Assembly (NCBI RefSeq): GCF_009914755.1 | Contig: NC_060947.1 | Source: the human T2T-CHM13v2.0 reference genome, Homo sapiens | Length of the DNA: 64,000 nucleotides | Reading direction: 5' to 3' (one strand) | Shown: in pieces, positions 33,736 through 57,019 of the stretch | How the letters are laid out: the number at the start of each line of letters is the position of its first letter | Position numbering within the stretch: the first letter of the stretch is position 1 | The notes under the pieces: generated by a model | Told to the model about the DNA's origin: nothing | What the model saw: the letters and a program-made list of their open reading frames with translations, nothing else | Databases searched by the model: none | Made by a program: the position numbers and the translations under genes

Positions 33736-34364
33736 GAAATAATAGCGTTCCCATGGACTCTTTACCCAGTTTCCCCAGTGGGTAACTGCAGTACAATATC
33801 ACAACCAGGATACTGAAACTGATAGTCAAGATACCAACAATTCCACTAGGCAAACTCCTGCTCTCCTTTAGTAGCCACACCCACCTCCCCCTCATACCCA
33901 CCACCTCCTCGGAGTGTGGACTCTGTCCTTAGCCCTTCATAACCATTAATCTGTTCTCTATTTCTTTAATTTTGTCAAGAAATTTATGTAAATGAAACCA
34001 TACAGTACATAGCATTTTGAAATTGGCATTTTTCACTTAACATATTCTCTGCAAGGTGTTGCATATATTTAGTTTGTTCTTTATTGCTGAGCAGTATTCC
34101 ATGGTACAGATGGACCACAGTTTGTTTAACCCTTTACCTGTTGAAGGACATCTGGGTTGTTTTCAGTTTTTGACTATATGAATAAAAATGCTATAAGTAT
34201 TCATGTAGAGGTTTTCATATAAACAGAAAGTTTGATTTTTTTCTGGCATATATGGCCAAGAGTACAATTTGTACAATTGTTGGGGCATATGGCATTTGCA
34301 TATTCAATTTTTTAGAAAACTGACAAACTGTTTTTCAAAGTGGCTCCATACTATTTCATATTTC
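33736..34364 (-). mobile_element. Host L1M 3'UTR/ORF2-end segment
   Basis: gtattccatggtacagatggaccacagtttgtttaacc...gaaggacatctgggttgttttcagtttttgact is antisense L1M 3' sequence. Confidence 0.7.
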
Positions 34365-34897
34365 TATTACATAAATGAGCCAAAGGTAGCCTCTGCATAT
34401 GGACCTTATGTTGTTTATTTTTTCTTAGCAGGCTGGGAACTCATTCACTCAAAAGCCTGCTAGTACCAAACTCAAATTTTTACACATCCAATTGTTTTAA
34501 ATAGCCAAACTAAGCATATTTTTAACCCTTTAGAGCCTGCCTGTCTTGCATACCCCACAAAACTGCCCCCAACATCTGCTAACCAAAGATAAGATTAACT
34601 CCAGAGTAATAAAGACCCCACATCACTGCTGCCCTTCAGAACCCTCTGACCCAGCAACTTCCTGACATGCTGCCTAGTCATCTAAACACGTAAGCCCCTC
34701 TGATATTCCTCTTTCTTGAAGAGAAGTTTCCTTGCCTTCCTCCCCTTCTGCGTGCTGGCCTCTACACTCATGCTAACCTGTCAAAGTGTTGCCTGCTGAA
34801 CACCCCACACACCCCTCAAAAAGCTTGTTGTGTGCTACTGTGGTCATATCTTTTCCTTCTTTCCTTGATCAGTCCTGAAATCCCTCAACTCATTACA
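34365..34897 (+). mobile_element. 5' LTR of a class III (ERVL/HERV-S-like) provirus
   Basis: Diverged direct repeat of 39806-39854 plus 45889-46380. Ends in CA, followed 2 nt later by a PBS. Confidence 0.85.
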
Positions 34898-34899
34898 AG

Positions 34900-34917
34900 T
34901 GGCAACAAGGATGGAAT
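34900..34917 (+). promoter_or_regulatory. Primer-binding site complementary to tRNA-Ser(GCT)
   Basis: TGGCAACAAGGATGGAAT versus expected TGGCGACGAGGATGGGAT: 15/18, with two mismatches explained by CpG decay. Confidence 0.7.
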
Positions 34918-37900
34918 TTTGGTGATGACCAGGAAATCAATATGGGACCTACCAAGTCAATAGGAGGATTAACTGTCAAAACAACCCTGGACGACCTTAA
35001 GTGCTTGGGACTCAGAATTTGGAACACGTTCGCATAACTTTGGCATGGCATTCTTCTGTACTGAATTACACTCTATATTTTCTATGGTCTCCCCCATGCC
35101 TCATGAGCCTGGACAAGTGGTAGTGCCAGTATTTGAGTAAATCCTCGCCATCAGAACTGACTTTTGAGAGAGAGGCACCAAGCTGCCCAGGGAAGGTCAG
35201 CCTGATCACCTGGATCTCCCACTAGAAAGGCACTAGGTAGGCACCTGTGGGCCTGAATAGAAAAAGGGAAAGTACATACCTCTGGACCACATGTGGGTTA
35301 CCCCAGATCCCATAATGGGCTATAGTAGGAGAGTTCCCCATGTCCAGACTGGTGATATGTGATGAGAATACTCTGAGATGAGAGAATATCCTTGTCCTTG
35401 GACACTGCTATGGCAGGCAAACAAGCTGATAAGGCAGATATGTCAGTCCGATGCTGGTCTCCTAAGCACAATTGGGAGACACTTGCAAGCAGCTAGTAGT
35501 CCTCTGCTATCATGACAATTATGCTTTAGATACTCTCATTCTAGTCCTTTGTTGGAAGTATGTTGAGCTCTCCATCTTTTGGCTGAGCCGACTAAAGCAT
35601 TATTTCAAGTGACTAAATCAAGGAAAGTTACATTCCAGGACACCAAAGGAAGTGGCTATCCTACTCAAGGGATGCTCCAAACCATAAAGTAGGTGCATGT
35701 TGGACCTCGCTGTTGGTTGCTTTTCACCAGGGTTTGCACAGAGAGGAGGTAGAAACTCAAACTCCTGCAGGAGATGAGTTGGAAGGGAAGATCCTGGGGA
35801 AGAGAACTGGTGACCTCTAAAGAAGAAAGCAGCAGCATGGTGTCATCATGCTAGGGACTAGGATCATTTACCCTCTGCTTTGCCAGTAACCACTGGCAAA
35901 GTCATAAAGACAGAAAAACAAAAGAAGAGGGCCACTTCTCTTTTGGAGCAGAAAATGCATCATCTTTCTTGCCCTTATGTCCAGTCTCTCCGTAAGGACC
36001 TGACCCAGGAACTGAATGAAAAAGGGGCTGCCTGACTATATATACAGAATGTATCTGGCAGGGAGCAAACTCCACCTAATAGGGGAATTAAACAATTGGC
36101 TGCCATAGTACAAGATGGAAAAAAATGGTGTCACTGCCAAAGTATCCCGCATAATAAGCATGGAAGGTAGGAGTGACCCTCAAAAGAGGCTTTGTGCCTC
36201 AGTCCACATATACCTTGTTGATGTGGATTTTTACGGCTTGGCTTGGTGGGCTTTCCATCCTATACTAGGCCTTATAAAGGCCTGGGAAGACTGTCAATGG
36301 AAAATGTTAACCAAGGTCAAAGATCTCCTACATCAGCTGGGGATGCTGAAGTGGGTTTATCAGGCAACAGATGACCTGCAGCATGATGACTTGGCAAGTC
36401 CAGAGGAAACGGAATTCAATCCCTTGTCTAACGACTTATTTCTCAGGAGGGCGCCTGATAAGTGTAAGTCCTCTTTTTGGGCAATAATGGCTAATGCTAA
36501 AACAACTGAAGAGTTCATAGCTTCACTGGATTTAGTAGAAATACATGAAAGACAAACTCAAGTGTTGCCTGTTAATTCTATGACTATAACCCCTTCTAGC
36601 CTAAATCAAAATTACTATCAACAGTTATGCTGCACCCTTCTAGACCAAGCAAACCACGTAGAGCCAGGTCCGTGGTTTAGCTTGAACCCTGAGTAAACAA
36701 AAGGGGTTACATTGGACCCTAAGGGACAAAGGGGCCCAAATTGGATGTTCTCTCATACATTGGTGAAGCAAGTATTAACATTTACTAGGGTTAGATTACA
36801 ATCTGCAGCAGGTATTCAAAGTCAGCCTCACTTGGGAAGCCTGCTCCTGATCTCCTCCAGTGGCAGGGACCCACACCCACATAGGGATCTGGTGGTTGCA
36901 GAAGGTGGCTACTTCCAGTAGACAATCACCCTTTTACCATATTAACTGTAGTTTGGCTCTACAACATTGGCTGGCTTTGTTGGACATGGGTGCCCAAATC
37001 TCCCTAATCCTAAGAATCACTCATGCTCTAAAGGAATCCCCTCACTCCTCACCCTGTCCAGGAGGATGATTATGTAAAGGAGCAATTACTTACTTAACTA
37101 TTAAAATTGATCCAGTTCTGCTAAAAGATGCTTTGATTCTGGTTGTACCCCTGAGACTATCCCCTTTCCTTATTTGAATGGACTTCTTCAATCAGCTCGT
37201 AACTCCATAGAACCTAAGGCTTTTATGGTATTGGTGGGCACTACCTGGTGGGAACCAGTTAACTTTCCCCTACCAGGGCAGGTGGTAAATACGGCACAGT
37301 ACAAGCTAAGGCAAGACCCTGAAGGATTATAGGCTATCATAGCTTATTTAAATAACGTGTACTGATTCTTACCATCTCACCTGTCAATCCTCTGGTATAG
37401 CCTATGTGTAAAGCCACTATTAATAAATGGAAGCTAACTATAGAGAGTTAAATAAGAGCACCTTTTTATTGGAGCACTTCTACTAGATATCATCACCTTA
37501 ATGGATGACATTCAAAACAACATAGATAAATGGCATGGAGTTATAGACTTGCCTAACATGCTCCAATTGGGAAATATTTTGTAGGAGAGTTAATCACAAT
37601 TTGCCTTCACTTTTGAGGGTGAAGAGTATATTTTTTCCCAGCCACCTATGGGATACTCAAATAGCCCTGTGATCGAACTTGTGCAGATATGACCTAGATG
37701 CCTGCCCCATTATTTCCACCAGAAATTCAGCTTTGGCATTATATTGATAAAATCCTCCTTACTAAATCTTACCAAGATTCTGTCTCTGAGGTTATCACAA
37801 CTGTGAGCAAACACTTCAATGAGAGGGGATGGTATCTTAGTCCACTTAGGCTGCTATAACAAAATACCATAAATTGGGTGGCTTATAAACAATAGATATT

Positions 37901-38520
37901 TATTCCTCACAGTCATGGAGGCTAGGAAGTGCAAGATCGAGATGACAGCAGATTTGGCATCTGGTGAAGGTCCTCTTCCTACTTCATAGATGACTGTCTT
38001 TTTGCTGTGTCCTCACATGACAGAAGGAGAAAACAATGTCTCTGGGGTCTCATTTATAAGGGAACTAATCCCATTCATGAGGGCTTTGCCTTCTCTTAAT
38101 GCCTAGGCCTTATCTCCTAATACCATCACATTGGGAGTTAGGATTTCAACATATGAATTTGGGAGAACATAAATATCGCCTATAGCAGATGGGCAACTGC
38201 CCCCACATAAGGTACAAGACCTCTTTATTAAATCTTGGGGTTACCTTTGGAACTCAGAAGGGTGAAGTATTCTCAGTCTGGTAAGACAAGCTCCTAGTGC
38301 TCCAACCTCCCACACTGGTAAAGAAGATCCAACATTTGATAGGAATGTTTATATTCTGGCTCCAACACACTCCTCACCTCCAATATTTGCTACTGAGTCA
38401 CCTGTAAGTCTCACTTTTCAGTGAGAACCTGAGCAACGAGGTACTAGATAAACTAAAGGAAGCTATTACTTTGGCTCTCCCGTAAGTGCACCTGAATAAA
38501 ACTTAAAATGAGATGTTTCT
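34918..38520 (+). pseudogene. Decayed ERV internal region: gag-like, protease and reverse transcriptase
   Basis: Protease motif WLALLDMGAQISLI (~36970). RT motifs DKWHGVIDLPNM (~37525), SQFAFTFEGEEYIFSQPPMGYSNSP (~37595), LWHYIDKILL (~37732) and ERGWA..KVQ. The 193-aa ORF 36115-36696 lies in the gag position. Confidence 0.82.
37833..38187 (-). mobile_element. MLT1A-like MaLR LTR inserted in the ERV RT
   Basis: Minus strand begins TGCTATAG...CCCAAATTCATATGTTGAAATCCTAAC. Exact 5-bp TSD GATGG at 37828-37832 and 38188-38192. Confidence 0.87.
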
Positions 38521-38569
38521 GACACACACACACACACACACACAAAATTGTTTCCTAGATTCTCTTGAG

Positions 38570-39784
38570 GTAAACCTAAATGCAAGAACTAAAACTGTAA
38601 AATTCTTTTTTTCTCTCACAAGATTTACAAGACTAAAACTGTAAAATTCTTAGAAGAGAACATAGGGGGAAATCTTCATGACATGGAATTTGGCAATGAT
38701 TTCCTCAACATGACACTAAAAGCACAGGCAACAAAGAATAAATTGATAAACTGTACTTTATCAAAATTTTGTGCATCAAAAGATACTATCAAGAGAATAA
38801 AAAGGTAACCAGAGAATGGGAGAAAATATTTGCAGATCATATATATGGTAAGGGATTGATATAAAGAATATATAGAGAATTCCTAAAACTCAACCACAAA
38901 AAACAACCCAATTCAAAAATGGGCAATGGACTTGAATAGATATTTCTCCAAAGAAGATATACAAATGGACAATAAGCACATGAAAATATGCTCAATGCCA
39001 CTAGTCATAAGGAAAATGCAAATCGAAACCACGAGATACTACTTCATACCCACTAGGATGGATACTATCCAAAAAATAAAAGGAAAAATGCAATTATTGG
39101 TGAGGATACAGAAAAAATAGAGTCCTTGTGCATTGCTGATGGGAATGTAAAATGGCACAGCCACTGTGGAAAACAACTTCGAAGTCGTTTAAAAAGTTAA
39201 ATATAAAATTACCATATGATCCAACAATCCACTTTTAGGTTATACCCCAAAGAACTCGAAGCAGGAAATCAAACAGACAGTTGAATACCAATATTCATAG
39301 ACAAATTATTAGCCAAAGCTAAAAGGTAGAAGCAACCCAGATGTCCATCAATGGATGACTAAACAAAATGTGCTATATCCATACAATAGAATATTTTTCA
39401 GCCTCAAAAAGGAATGAAGTTCTGATACATGCTGCAACATGGATGGACCCTGAAAACACTATGCTAAGTGACATAAGCCAGACACAAACACATACAAAAA
39501 CAAATATTATATGACTTCACTTACATGAGCTACCTAGAATAGGTAAATTCATAAAGACCAGAAAGTAGAATAGAGGGCTGCCAGGGGCTGCTGGGAGGGG
39601 AAAATGGAGAGTTATTTTGTTATGCTATGGAGTTTCTGTTTGGGATGATGAAAGAGTTCTGGAAATGGATAATGATGGTAGATGCACAACTTCTGATTGC
39701 TGATTACACTGTACACTTAAAATGGTTAAAATGGTAAATTTTATGTTATGTATATTTTACAAAAACCAAAACAAGCAAAAAATA
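38570..39784 (+). mobile_element. 5'-truncated L1MB 3' end inside the provirus
   Basis: ORF2 end ([14 protein letters not shown]), L1MB-type 3'UTR and A-rich tail, immediately before the ERV polypurine-tract region ggggccagaggacggac. Confidence 0.8.
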
Positions 39785-39854
39785 CCATGGGGCCAGAGGA
39801 CGGACTGTTATATAAATGAACCACAGATAGCCTCTGTATATGGACCCTATGCTG

Positions 39855-45875
<6,021 letters not shown>

Positions 45876-48139
45876 GGACCCTATGCTGTTTACTTCTTCA
45901 TTACAGGTTAGGAACCCATTAGCTGAAAAGCTTGATAGTACCAATCTGAAAATGTTACACAGCCAATTGTTTTAAATATAGCCCACATGAGTATATTTTT
46001 AGGCATTAGAGCCTGCCTGCTTTACATACACTGCAAAACTTCACAAAATATCTACTACCCATAGACAAGAAAAACTGTAGGGCAATAAAGACCCCAAGCT
46101 GCTGCTGGTCTTCAGAGTTCCCTGACCCACAGACTCCCTGCTGTGCTGCCTAGCAACATCATATATTAATAGACATGTCAGCTCCGTCTCCTTCATGAGT
46201 TCCTTAGCCCTCCTCCCCTTATGGGTTGTGCCCTCAGGCCTATACCAGAGAGTCTGGATGGCCTCGTGCTGTGAAGGATTTTCCCAGGTGCAAATCTGTC
46301 AAAGGATCACTTAAAGTTTGCTGTGCGTTAATGCCATCTCGTGATTCTTATCAGATGTAAAATCCTTCAAAGTCACTATAATCCCCACCAGGAAGGCAGG
46401 AAAAATTCAGCTTTTCAGTATCTTTGACAGCACTTTGTATTGTAACCATTTTTTTTTATTTTAGCCATTCTGATAAATGTGTAGTAGTATCTGATTGAGC
46501 ATTTGCATTTACCAAATTGGCTAATGATGTTGAACATTTATCTTTTTTTTCTTTTAAGTTTTAATGTTTATTTCTCCAAGACAGCCTAGCTTGTACTCTA
46601 TTTGGATAAATTTCATAAGCTAGTTTTCTGCTGTTACTAGTTTTAAACTTTATATTTCTGATGACAAGACACACTGCAAAAATACTCTAGTTCAACAGAG
46701 TTATGTTCACAAAACAATTTTTATCCATTCTACAGTGTTTCAGAATTACTAGTTGATTTTTAAACACAAAGTAGATATAGAGGCTATTGGTGGTTAACGT
46801 GATATATTTCTTATAGCAAACTGTGGTTCACACAATACTTGTGCTCAAAGGGGAAGGCACATGATTTCCTAAAATGAGCCACCTTATAAAGAGTTCTTAC
46901 TGTATAAATTACATCACATTTACTGTACATAACCTCAAAACTGAGGTATTATTCAATTTACAAAAACTACTTTATCAGTCTTTATGAAGCAGTACATATG
47001 TGCCAAATTCCATTTTAGAAGTTTCCACATCATTTTCATATAAAACAAAGTTTGAAAACAAGTAACATTTAAATACAGCATGGTATTCTAACACAACTGA
47101 AACTTTTTTCTTCTTCTTCTCTACAGGACCCAACAAAATCTGAAAATGAACTATGCTGTAAATTTACCTCATGCAAAGATCTTTATGTTCTCTCTGAAAG
47201 TGAAAAGCATGGCCTTTTAAGCACATTTTACTGTTTTATACTATTATGGCAACTTGTGTACTGCAGCACAGTCTGTTTTGAGAAAAAGTTATGATTTTTT
47301 TCATGCAAAAATCTACACAAATTAGCTTTGATAAGGAAAGACATTCATAGCATCAAACATTCATTCAGTGCAAATGCACAGGGAAACCTTCCTGAAATGT
47401 TTTCTGACTTGAGAGTCAACTAAAAAGAAAGCCATACTAGGTAAATAAAAACTTACAGGGGCGGGGAGGAAAAGGGGTAAGGGGAAATAGAAAACATAAG
47501 TTGCAGAGTAAACAAATGTCTGCTGCTGATCCAGTATTTGTTTTTATGTCCAGTGTACATTAACACTCAGGATCTCATTTTGATGATTTACTAGGCTATC
47601 AGCCACCTGAAGGCAAATCAAGCTTGCATGTGTTCACATACAGCACCACTACCACACTCCTGTACATAGTCACTCCAGGACTAGGAGTCTAATTCATGAA
47701 TGAGAGCCCTAGATTTTAAAGATGATACTGACTGTCCATCACTGAGCCAGACATTCATTCAACATTTTCCATTTGGACACTGCTTCATAGCAAGGCCTAG
47801 GCTCATTTTCCTTTTACTTATGTGGGCATCCAATTCTCTTTTACGGTTACAAGCCTTGAAGATAATAGTACTACACTTTCCCCTCAGTTTATATAGAGTA
47901 AGTCAATGTTCTTTCTCAGGCACTGAAGATCTGTGACCTGTAGCCCTTTTTACTATGAACAGCCTAAATAAGCATTCATGTAAAGTTTTCATTACATTTT
48001 GCCACTCATTCTCACTCATACCCATTCACCATCTTGACCACATTTGGGCATTTTCTGTGATTCCAAATGAAATCTTCACATTTTCTTTCCCAATTTAATG
48101 CAGAAGCAGATCCCATGAGCTAAGCTTGATGGATCAAAC

Positions 48140-48142
<3 letters not shown>

Positions 48143-48192
<50 letters not shown>

Positions 48193-48292
48193 CATATATA
48201 TATACACATATACACACATATATGTATAAACATATATATATGTATATACATATATATGTATATACATATATACGTATGTATGTATGTATATA
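48143..48292. repeat. (TA)n/(TACA)n compound microsatellite within the retrocopied 3'UTR
   Basis: About 20 pure TA units followed by mixed TA/CA/TG units. Confidence 0.95.
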
Positions 48293-49111
48293 AATTGTAC
48301 CTAACTTCCACAATACTGTTCTAAAACTGGAACTGTTCTATTGGTATACTGGCAGATAAATTGAAACCAAATGTTCCACCTTGAATTGCCTCTGGATCAA
48401 GGCTAAGATCTTCATCAATATCATTTGAAGAGAACTGAGCAATCATCTCATAGGCTAATTTGTAGATGTCTCCATTTTTATGATTTTGAAGTTGTTCAAT
48501 TTTCTCCAGTCCTCCACATTTTTCTATAAGATTGGCTATGGATTCTGCCTCATTTTTAGCCATTTTTAATATATTAATTCATCCAGTACTACTTGTACAA
48601 CTTGTGCATCTTTTACAGTCAGCTTCTGAGTGCCAATATCCCCCTTATCCAAAAGGTTTATTATTCTTGGTACAATATTGGCATCTATTACTGCCTGTAT
48701 CTGCAGCTGATTACCTGCAGTGATGTTACAGAGAAACCATACTGCCTCTTTATTAATTTTCTCTTTGGGATGTGTCAGGATTGCCCACAAGTATGAAAGA
48801 GCATCATAATTCACAACTACTTCTGTTTGCTCTTCAATTCCAGTAGCCATGTTGCTCACAGCTTGAGGTGCAGCAGTCTGAACCACCCGGCGGCTGAGAA
48901 GAGGAACCAAATGAGGAACTATTCCAGAGTCTACTACCATCTGTATTTGTTCATTGCCAGCACCAGTAAGGTAAGAGAGGGCCCAGTCTGTATCTACTAA
49001 TATATTTACAAATGTATGATGAATTAGAACACAAAGAGCTGAAAGCATTTCCTGTATGGTTTCCATTGGTGGTGGTGGCTCTTTGTGGTGACATAAATTG
49101 GCCATAACCCA

Positions 49112-49397
49112 GGCTGGGCATGGTGGCTCACACTTGGAATGCTAGCACTTTGGGAGGCTGAGGCAGGAGGATTCTTGAGTCCAGGAGTTAGAGACCAGCC
49201 TAGGCAACATGGTGAGACCCTGTCTCTACAAACAATTTAAACATTTAGCTGGGTGTGGTGGCACGCACTTGTGGTTCCAGCTACTCGGGAGGCTAAGGCA
49301 GGATGATTTCTTGAGCTCCAGAGGTTGAGGGTGCAGTTAGCTGTGTTTGCGCCACTGCATTCCAGCCTGGGTGAGCCCCTATCACAGAAAAAAAAAA
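49112..49397 (+). mobile_element. AluJ-like element interrupting the KPNA4 pseudogene CDS
   Basis: GGCTGGGCATGGTGGCTCAC...GAGGATTCTTGAGTCCAGG; diverged; no clear TSD. Confidence 0.88.
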
Positions 49398-50309
49398 TGT
49401 TTTGAAGTAAAATAAAGGTTTCACAACTCCAAGACTTATGACATAATCTCTACATCGGGAGGACCATCACTTATGATAGTTCTCAATGCCCACACTGCTT
49501 GCTCACAAACATTCTGATGAAGTGAATGGAGGAGCCTCAGGAAATGTGGCACAGCATTGGACTGAACTACTGTTTGAGCTTGTTCAGAGGTTCTAGATGC
49601 AGTGTTTGTCAAAGCCCATGCAGCTTCTAACTGTAAAGCATTGTCATCTCTTTCAAGACAATAGACTAGAACAGGTAGTATTCCAGATTTTATTTTTATA
49701 AATTGGTAGACTTCGATCACTGGACAAAGCTTCCTAGCAGCCCGAACTGCATTTAATTGAATTTCTTAGTTATCACTTGAAGCATTTTGAATAATAGCTA
49801 CTAGAGAGGTATTTTACACTCCATAATCATCATTTGTATCAGTCTTCACAGGTATCTTCATTCAGTACGTTCCTTCTCTTTAAGAGATGTTCATCTCTTT
49901 TATTCTTCCTTAATTCAACTACAACTTCATTTTGCTGTCTTCTCATAATCCCCAAGTTGTGGACTTTGTTCTCAAAATTCTTGAGCCATTGGCTGTCTAG
50001 TTTTTCATTGTCCACTATGAACGAGCTGATGACTCCTTCCCCTACCCAGGCCCCACAGGATCTGCCCCAACCACCATGCCACACCGACACTCCCAGGAAC
50101 CAGGCTGCCTGTGCTGCTATGCCGGCTGTGCCACTGCTTCCTTCCTCCTCCTCAACTGCCTCAGCTGAGGCCTTCTCCTCTCCCTGTACAACTCCCTTCC
50201 TCAACCCCAGCATGAGAGCAGATCAGGTGGAGACAACTACGGGAGCGGAATGGCAGCAACGGTGGCGGAATGTAATGCATGCTGAGAGTGAGATGGCCTC
50301 AATCTCTGC

Positions 50310-51337
50310 ACACCTTTTCATGTGCTTATTTTCCATCTGTTATATTTTCTTCAGTGAAATGTTTATGTCTTTTGCCTATTTTTAACTAGGCTTGCTTTTA
50401 CTATTACGTGTTAAGAGTTCTTGATATATTCTAGATACTAGTTTGTTACTGGATACGTTATTTGTAGTATTTTCTCCCAGTCTGTAGCTCTGTAGCTTCT
50501 GTAGAGGAAAAGTTTTTAATTTTATTGAGGTCTAATATATCAACTTTTCCTGTTATGAATCATACTTTTAGTATCAAGTGACTTACCTGAAATTTTTCTA
50601 AGTTTTCTTCTAAAAGATTTATAGTTTGAGCATTTTACATTTAAATTTATGATCCATTTTGTATAAAGTATGAGGTGTAGGTGAAGGTTAATTTTGAGCG
50701 GAGAGGGCAATGGATTGTTCAGCATCATTTGTTGAAAAGACTATCCTTCCCCCATTTAATTACTTCTGTAATAATTTAGGCGTATCTGTGCAGGTCGGCT
50801 TTTGGGTTCTCTATTCTCTTCTATTGAGTTTCGTATCTATCCCTCTACCACTGCCGCACAGACTTGATTACCATAGCCATATAAATGTCTTGAAATTGAG
50901 TATAATGGTTCCTCCCACCTTATACTTCTTTGTCAAATTGTCTTAGCTATTCTACCTCCGCTGACTTTACATACACATTTTAGAATAATGTTGACTACAT
51001 CTCCAAAAAAAATCTGCCTGCGATTTTCATAGGAAATGTATTGTAATTGCATACCAATTTGGGAAGGGCTGACATTTTTACTGTGTTGATTTTGACAATC
51101 CACGAACATGCAATGTGCCTCTCCATTCATTTAGATCTTTAATTTCTTTATCAGCATTTTCTAATTGTCAGCAGATCTTATACATGTTTTGCTACATTTG
51201 CATTTACGTATTTATTTGAATGATTATGAATGATATATTTTTTATTTCAATGTCTGTATGTTCATTGCTAGTATATGAAGCACAAGTGATTTATGTATGT
51301 TGATATTGTGTCCTATGATTGCGTTGAAGTCACCTAT
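50310..51337 (-). mobile_element. Host L1M ORF2 segment (continuation after the pseudogene)
   Basis: cttttcatgtgcttattttccatctg continues ggctaatgatgttgaacat at ~46520. Confidence 0.7.
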
Positions 51338-51450
51338 GTTGATGGGTGCAGCACACCAACATGGCACATGTATACATATGTAACAAACCTGCACATTGTG
51401 CACATGTGCCCTAAAACTTAAAGTATAATAATAATAATAAAAATAAAAAG
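51338..51450 (+). mobile_element. Very short L1PA 3' terminus
   Basis: gatgggtgcagcacaccaacatggcacatgtatac...ccctaaaacttaaagtataataataa. Confidence 0.85.
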
Positions 51451-51495
51451 AGAATTAGCTAAGAATTCAAAAAAACTTTTGACGAAGCATAATAC

Positions 51496-51746
51496 TTTTT
51501 TTTTTATTATTATTTTTTGAGACAGAGTCTCACGCCATTCTCCTGTCTCAGCCTCCAGAGCAGCTGGGACTACAGGTGCCTGCCATCACGGCTGGCTATT
51601 TTTTTTTTTTTTTTTTTTTTGTATTTTTAGTAGAGACGGGGTTTCACTGTGTTAGCCAGGAGGGTCTCGATCTCCTGACCTCGTGATCCACTGGACTCGG
51701 CCTCCCAAAGTGCTGGGATTACAGGCATGAGCCACTGTGCCCAGCT
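51496..51746 (-). mobile_element. AluSc/Y-like element with an internal right-arm deletion
   Basis: gagtctcac|gccattctcc junction. GCATAATACTTTTT repeated on both flanks. Confidence 0.88.
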
Positions 51747-52029
51747 GACAGGGCATAATACTTTTTATGATTTATTTTTTAGTTTTTTGGCTTTCCTATT
51801 TATAATTCAGAATATAGTATCATCTATTATAGTTATACCTATATTTTTCTGACAATATTTCCTAATTTTTTATTTTCCAATTTTATAAACAATATTTTCA
51901 TTTGATTCCAGTCTATAAACTATTTCTACATAACGATTAATAATACCATTTCTATAAATGTCATGTGCTGTATACGTGGCATGGCGTATACAGATAGTTT
52001 TGTGTTTTATGTTTTGTTATATAACCTAT

Positions 52030-52905
52030 ATTGAGTTAAATTTTGTGGAGTGTGTAAGCTCTGTGTCTAGATTCAATTTTTTTCTTTTTTAATATGTGGA
52101 TGTTGAGTTGTTCTGGCACCATTGGTTAAAAAGACTTTCCTTTCTCTGTTGAATTGTCTTTGTTCCTTTGTCAAAGCTGAGTTGATTATATTTCTGTGGG
52201 TCAATTTCTGGGCTCTCCATTCTGTTCCATTGATCTATTTGTACTTGTTGTTTGTTTGTTTCCAATAACACCCTGTCTTAATTATTGTAGCTTTGCAGTA
52301 AGTGTTAAAGTCAGGTAGTTTCAGTTCTCCAACTTTGTTATTCTGATTCAATATTGTGTTGGCTATTCTGAGTCTTTGGTGTCTCTATATAAACTTTACA
52401 ATCAGCCTGTCAGTATTCACAAAGTAACTTACTAAGATTTTGATTGAGATTTTATTGGATCTATAAAGTTGGGAAGAACTGACAGATTGGCAATATTGAA
52501 TCTTTCTATCCATGAGCATAGAATATCTCTTCATTTATTTAGTTCTTTGATTTCATCAGATTTTTATAGTTTTCCTTGTGTTGATCTTGCATATATTTCG
52601 TTAGATTTATAGCTAAGTATGCCATTTTTTGTGTGCTAATGTAAATGGTATTGTGTTTTTAATCTGAAATTCCACTTGTTCATTGCTAGTATGTTGGAAA
52701 GCAATTGATTTGTGTATATTATATTAAACTTGTAAATGCAAAAAAAAACAGTTGTTCTCTGGTTTTCTAGATTCGTTGGGATTTTTTCTACATAAACAAT
52801 CATGTCATCTGCAAATAGAGACAGTTTTATTTCTCCCTTTCCAATCTGTAGGTCTTTCATTTATTTTTCTTGCCTTAATTCTATGGCTAGGACTTCCAAT
52901 ACTAG
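52030..52905 (-). mobile_element. Second old L1M ORF2 fragment
   Basis: IDQWNRMESPEIDP and [14 protein letters not shown] on the minus strand. Confidence 0.8.
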
Positions 52906-52941
52906 TTAAGATTTTGAAGTCACAAATTATGAATTAAATTA

Positions 52942-56997
<4,056 letters not shown>

Positions 56998-57019
56998 AAT
57001 CCAGAAGACTGAAAAGATG

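Larger units (their letters stand above)
46541..50310 (-). pseudogene. KPNA4P1: Processed pseudogene of importin alpha-3 (KPNA4), with 5'UTR, CDS 48321-50018, ~1.8 kb 3'UTR and poly(A) remnant
   Basis: Intronless IBB (DNEKLD...MRRQQNEVVVELRKNKRDEHLLKRRNV), ARM repeats ([22 protein letters not shown]) and C-terminus GGTFGFN...FQF*. Start ATG>ATA at 50018-50016, frameshifts, ATTAAA at 46560-46565, T-run 46541-46555. Symbol from memory of the locus. Confidence 0.9.

Noticed and set aside
48120-48311. IY-repeat ORF, and poly-K/poly-F ORFs elsewhere
   Set aside because: Translations of (TA)n microsatellites and Alu/L1 A-tails.
49839-50213. 124-aa ORF extending upstream of the KPNA4 start
   Set aside because: Non-ATG start in the retrocopied 5'UTR, ending at a premature stop. 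The true ATG is mutated and downstream frames are shifted.
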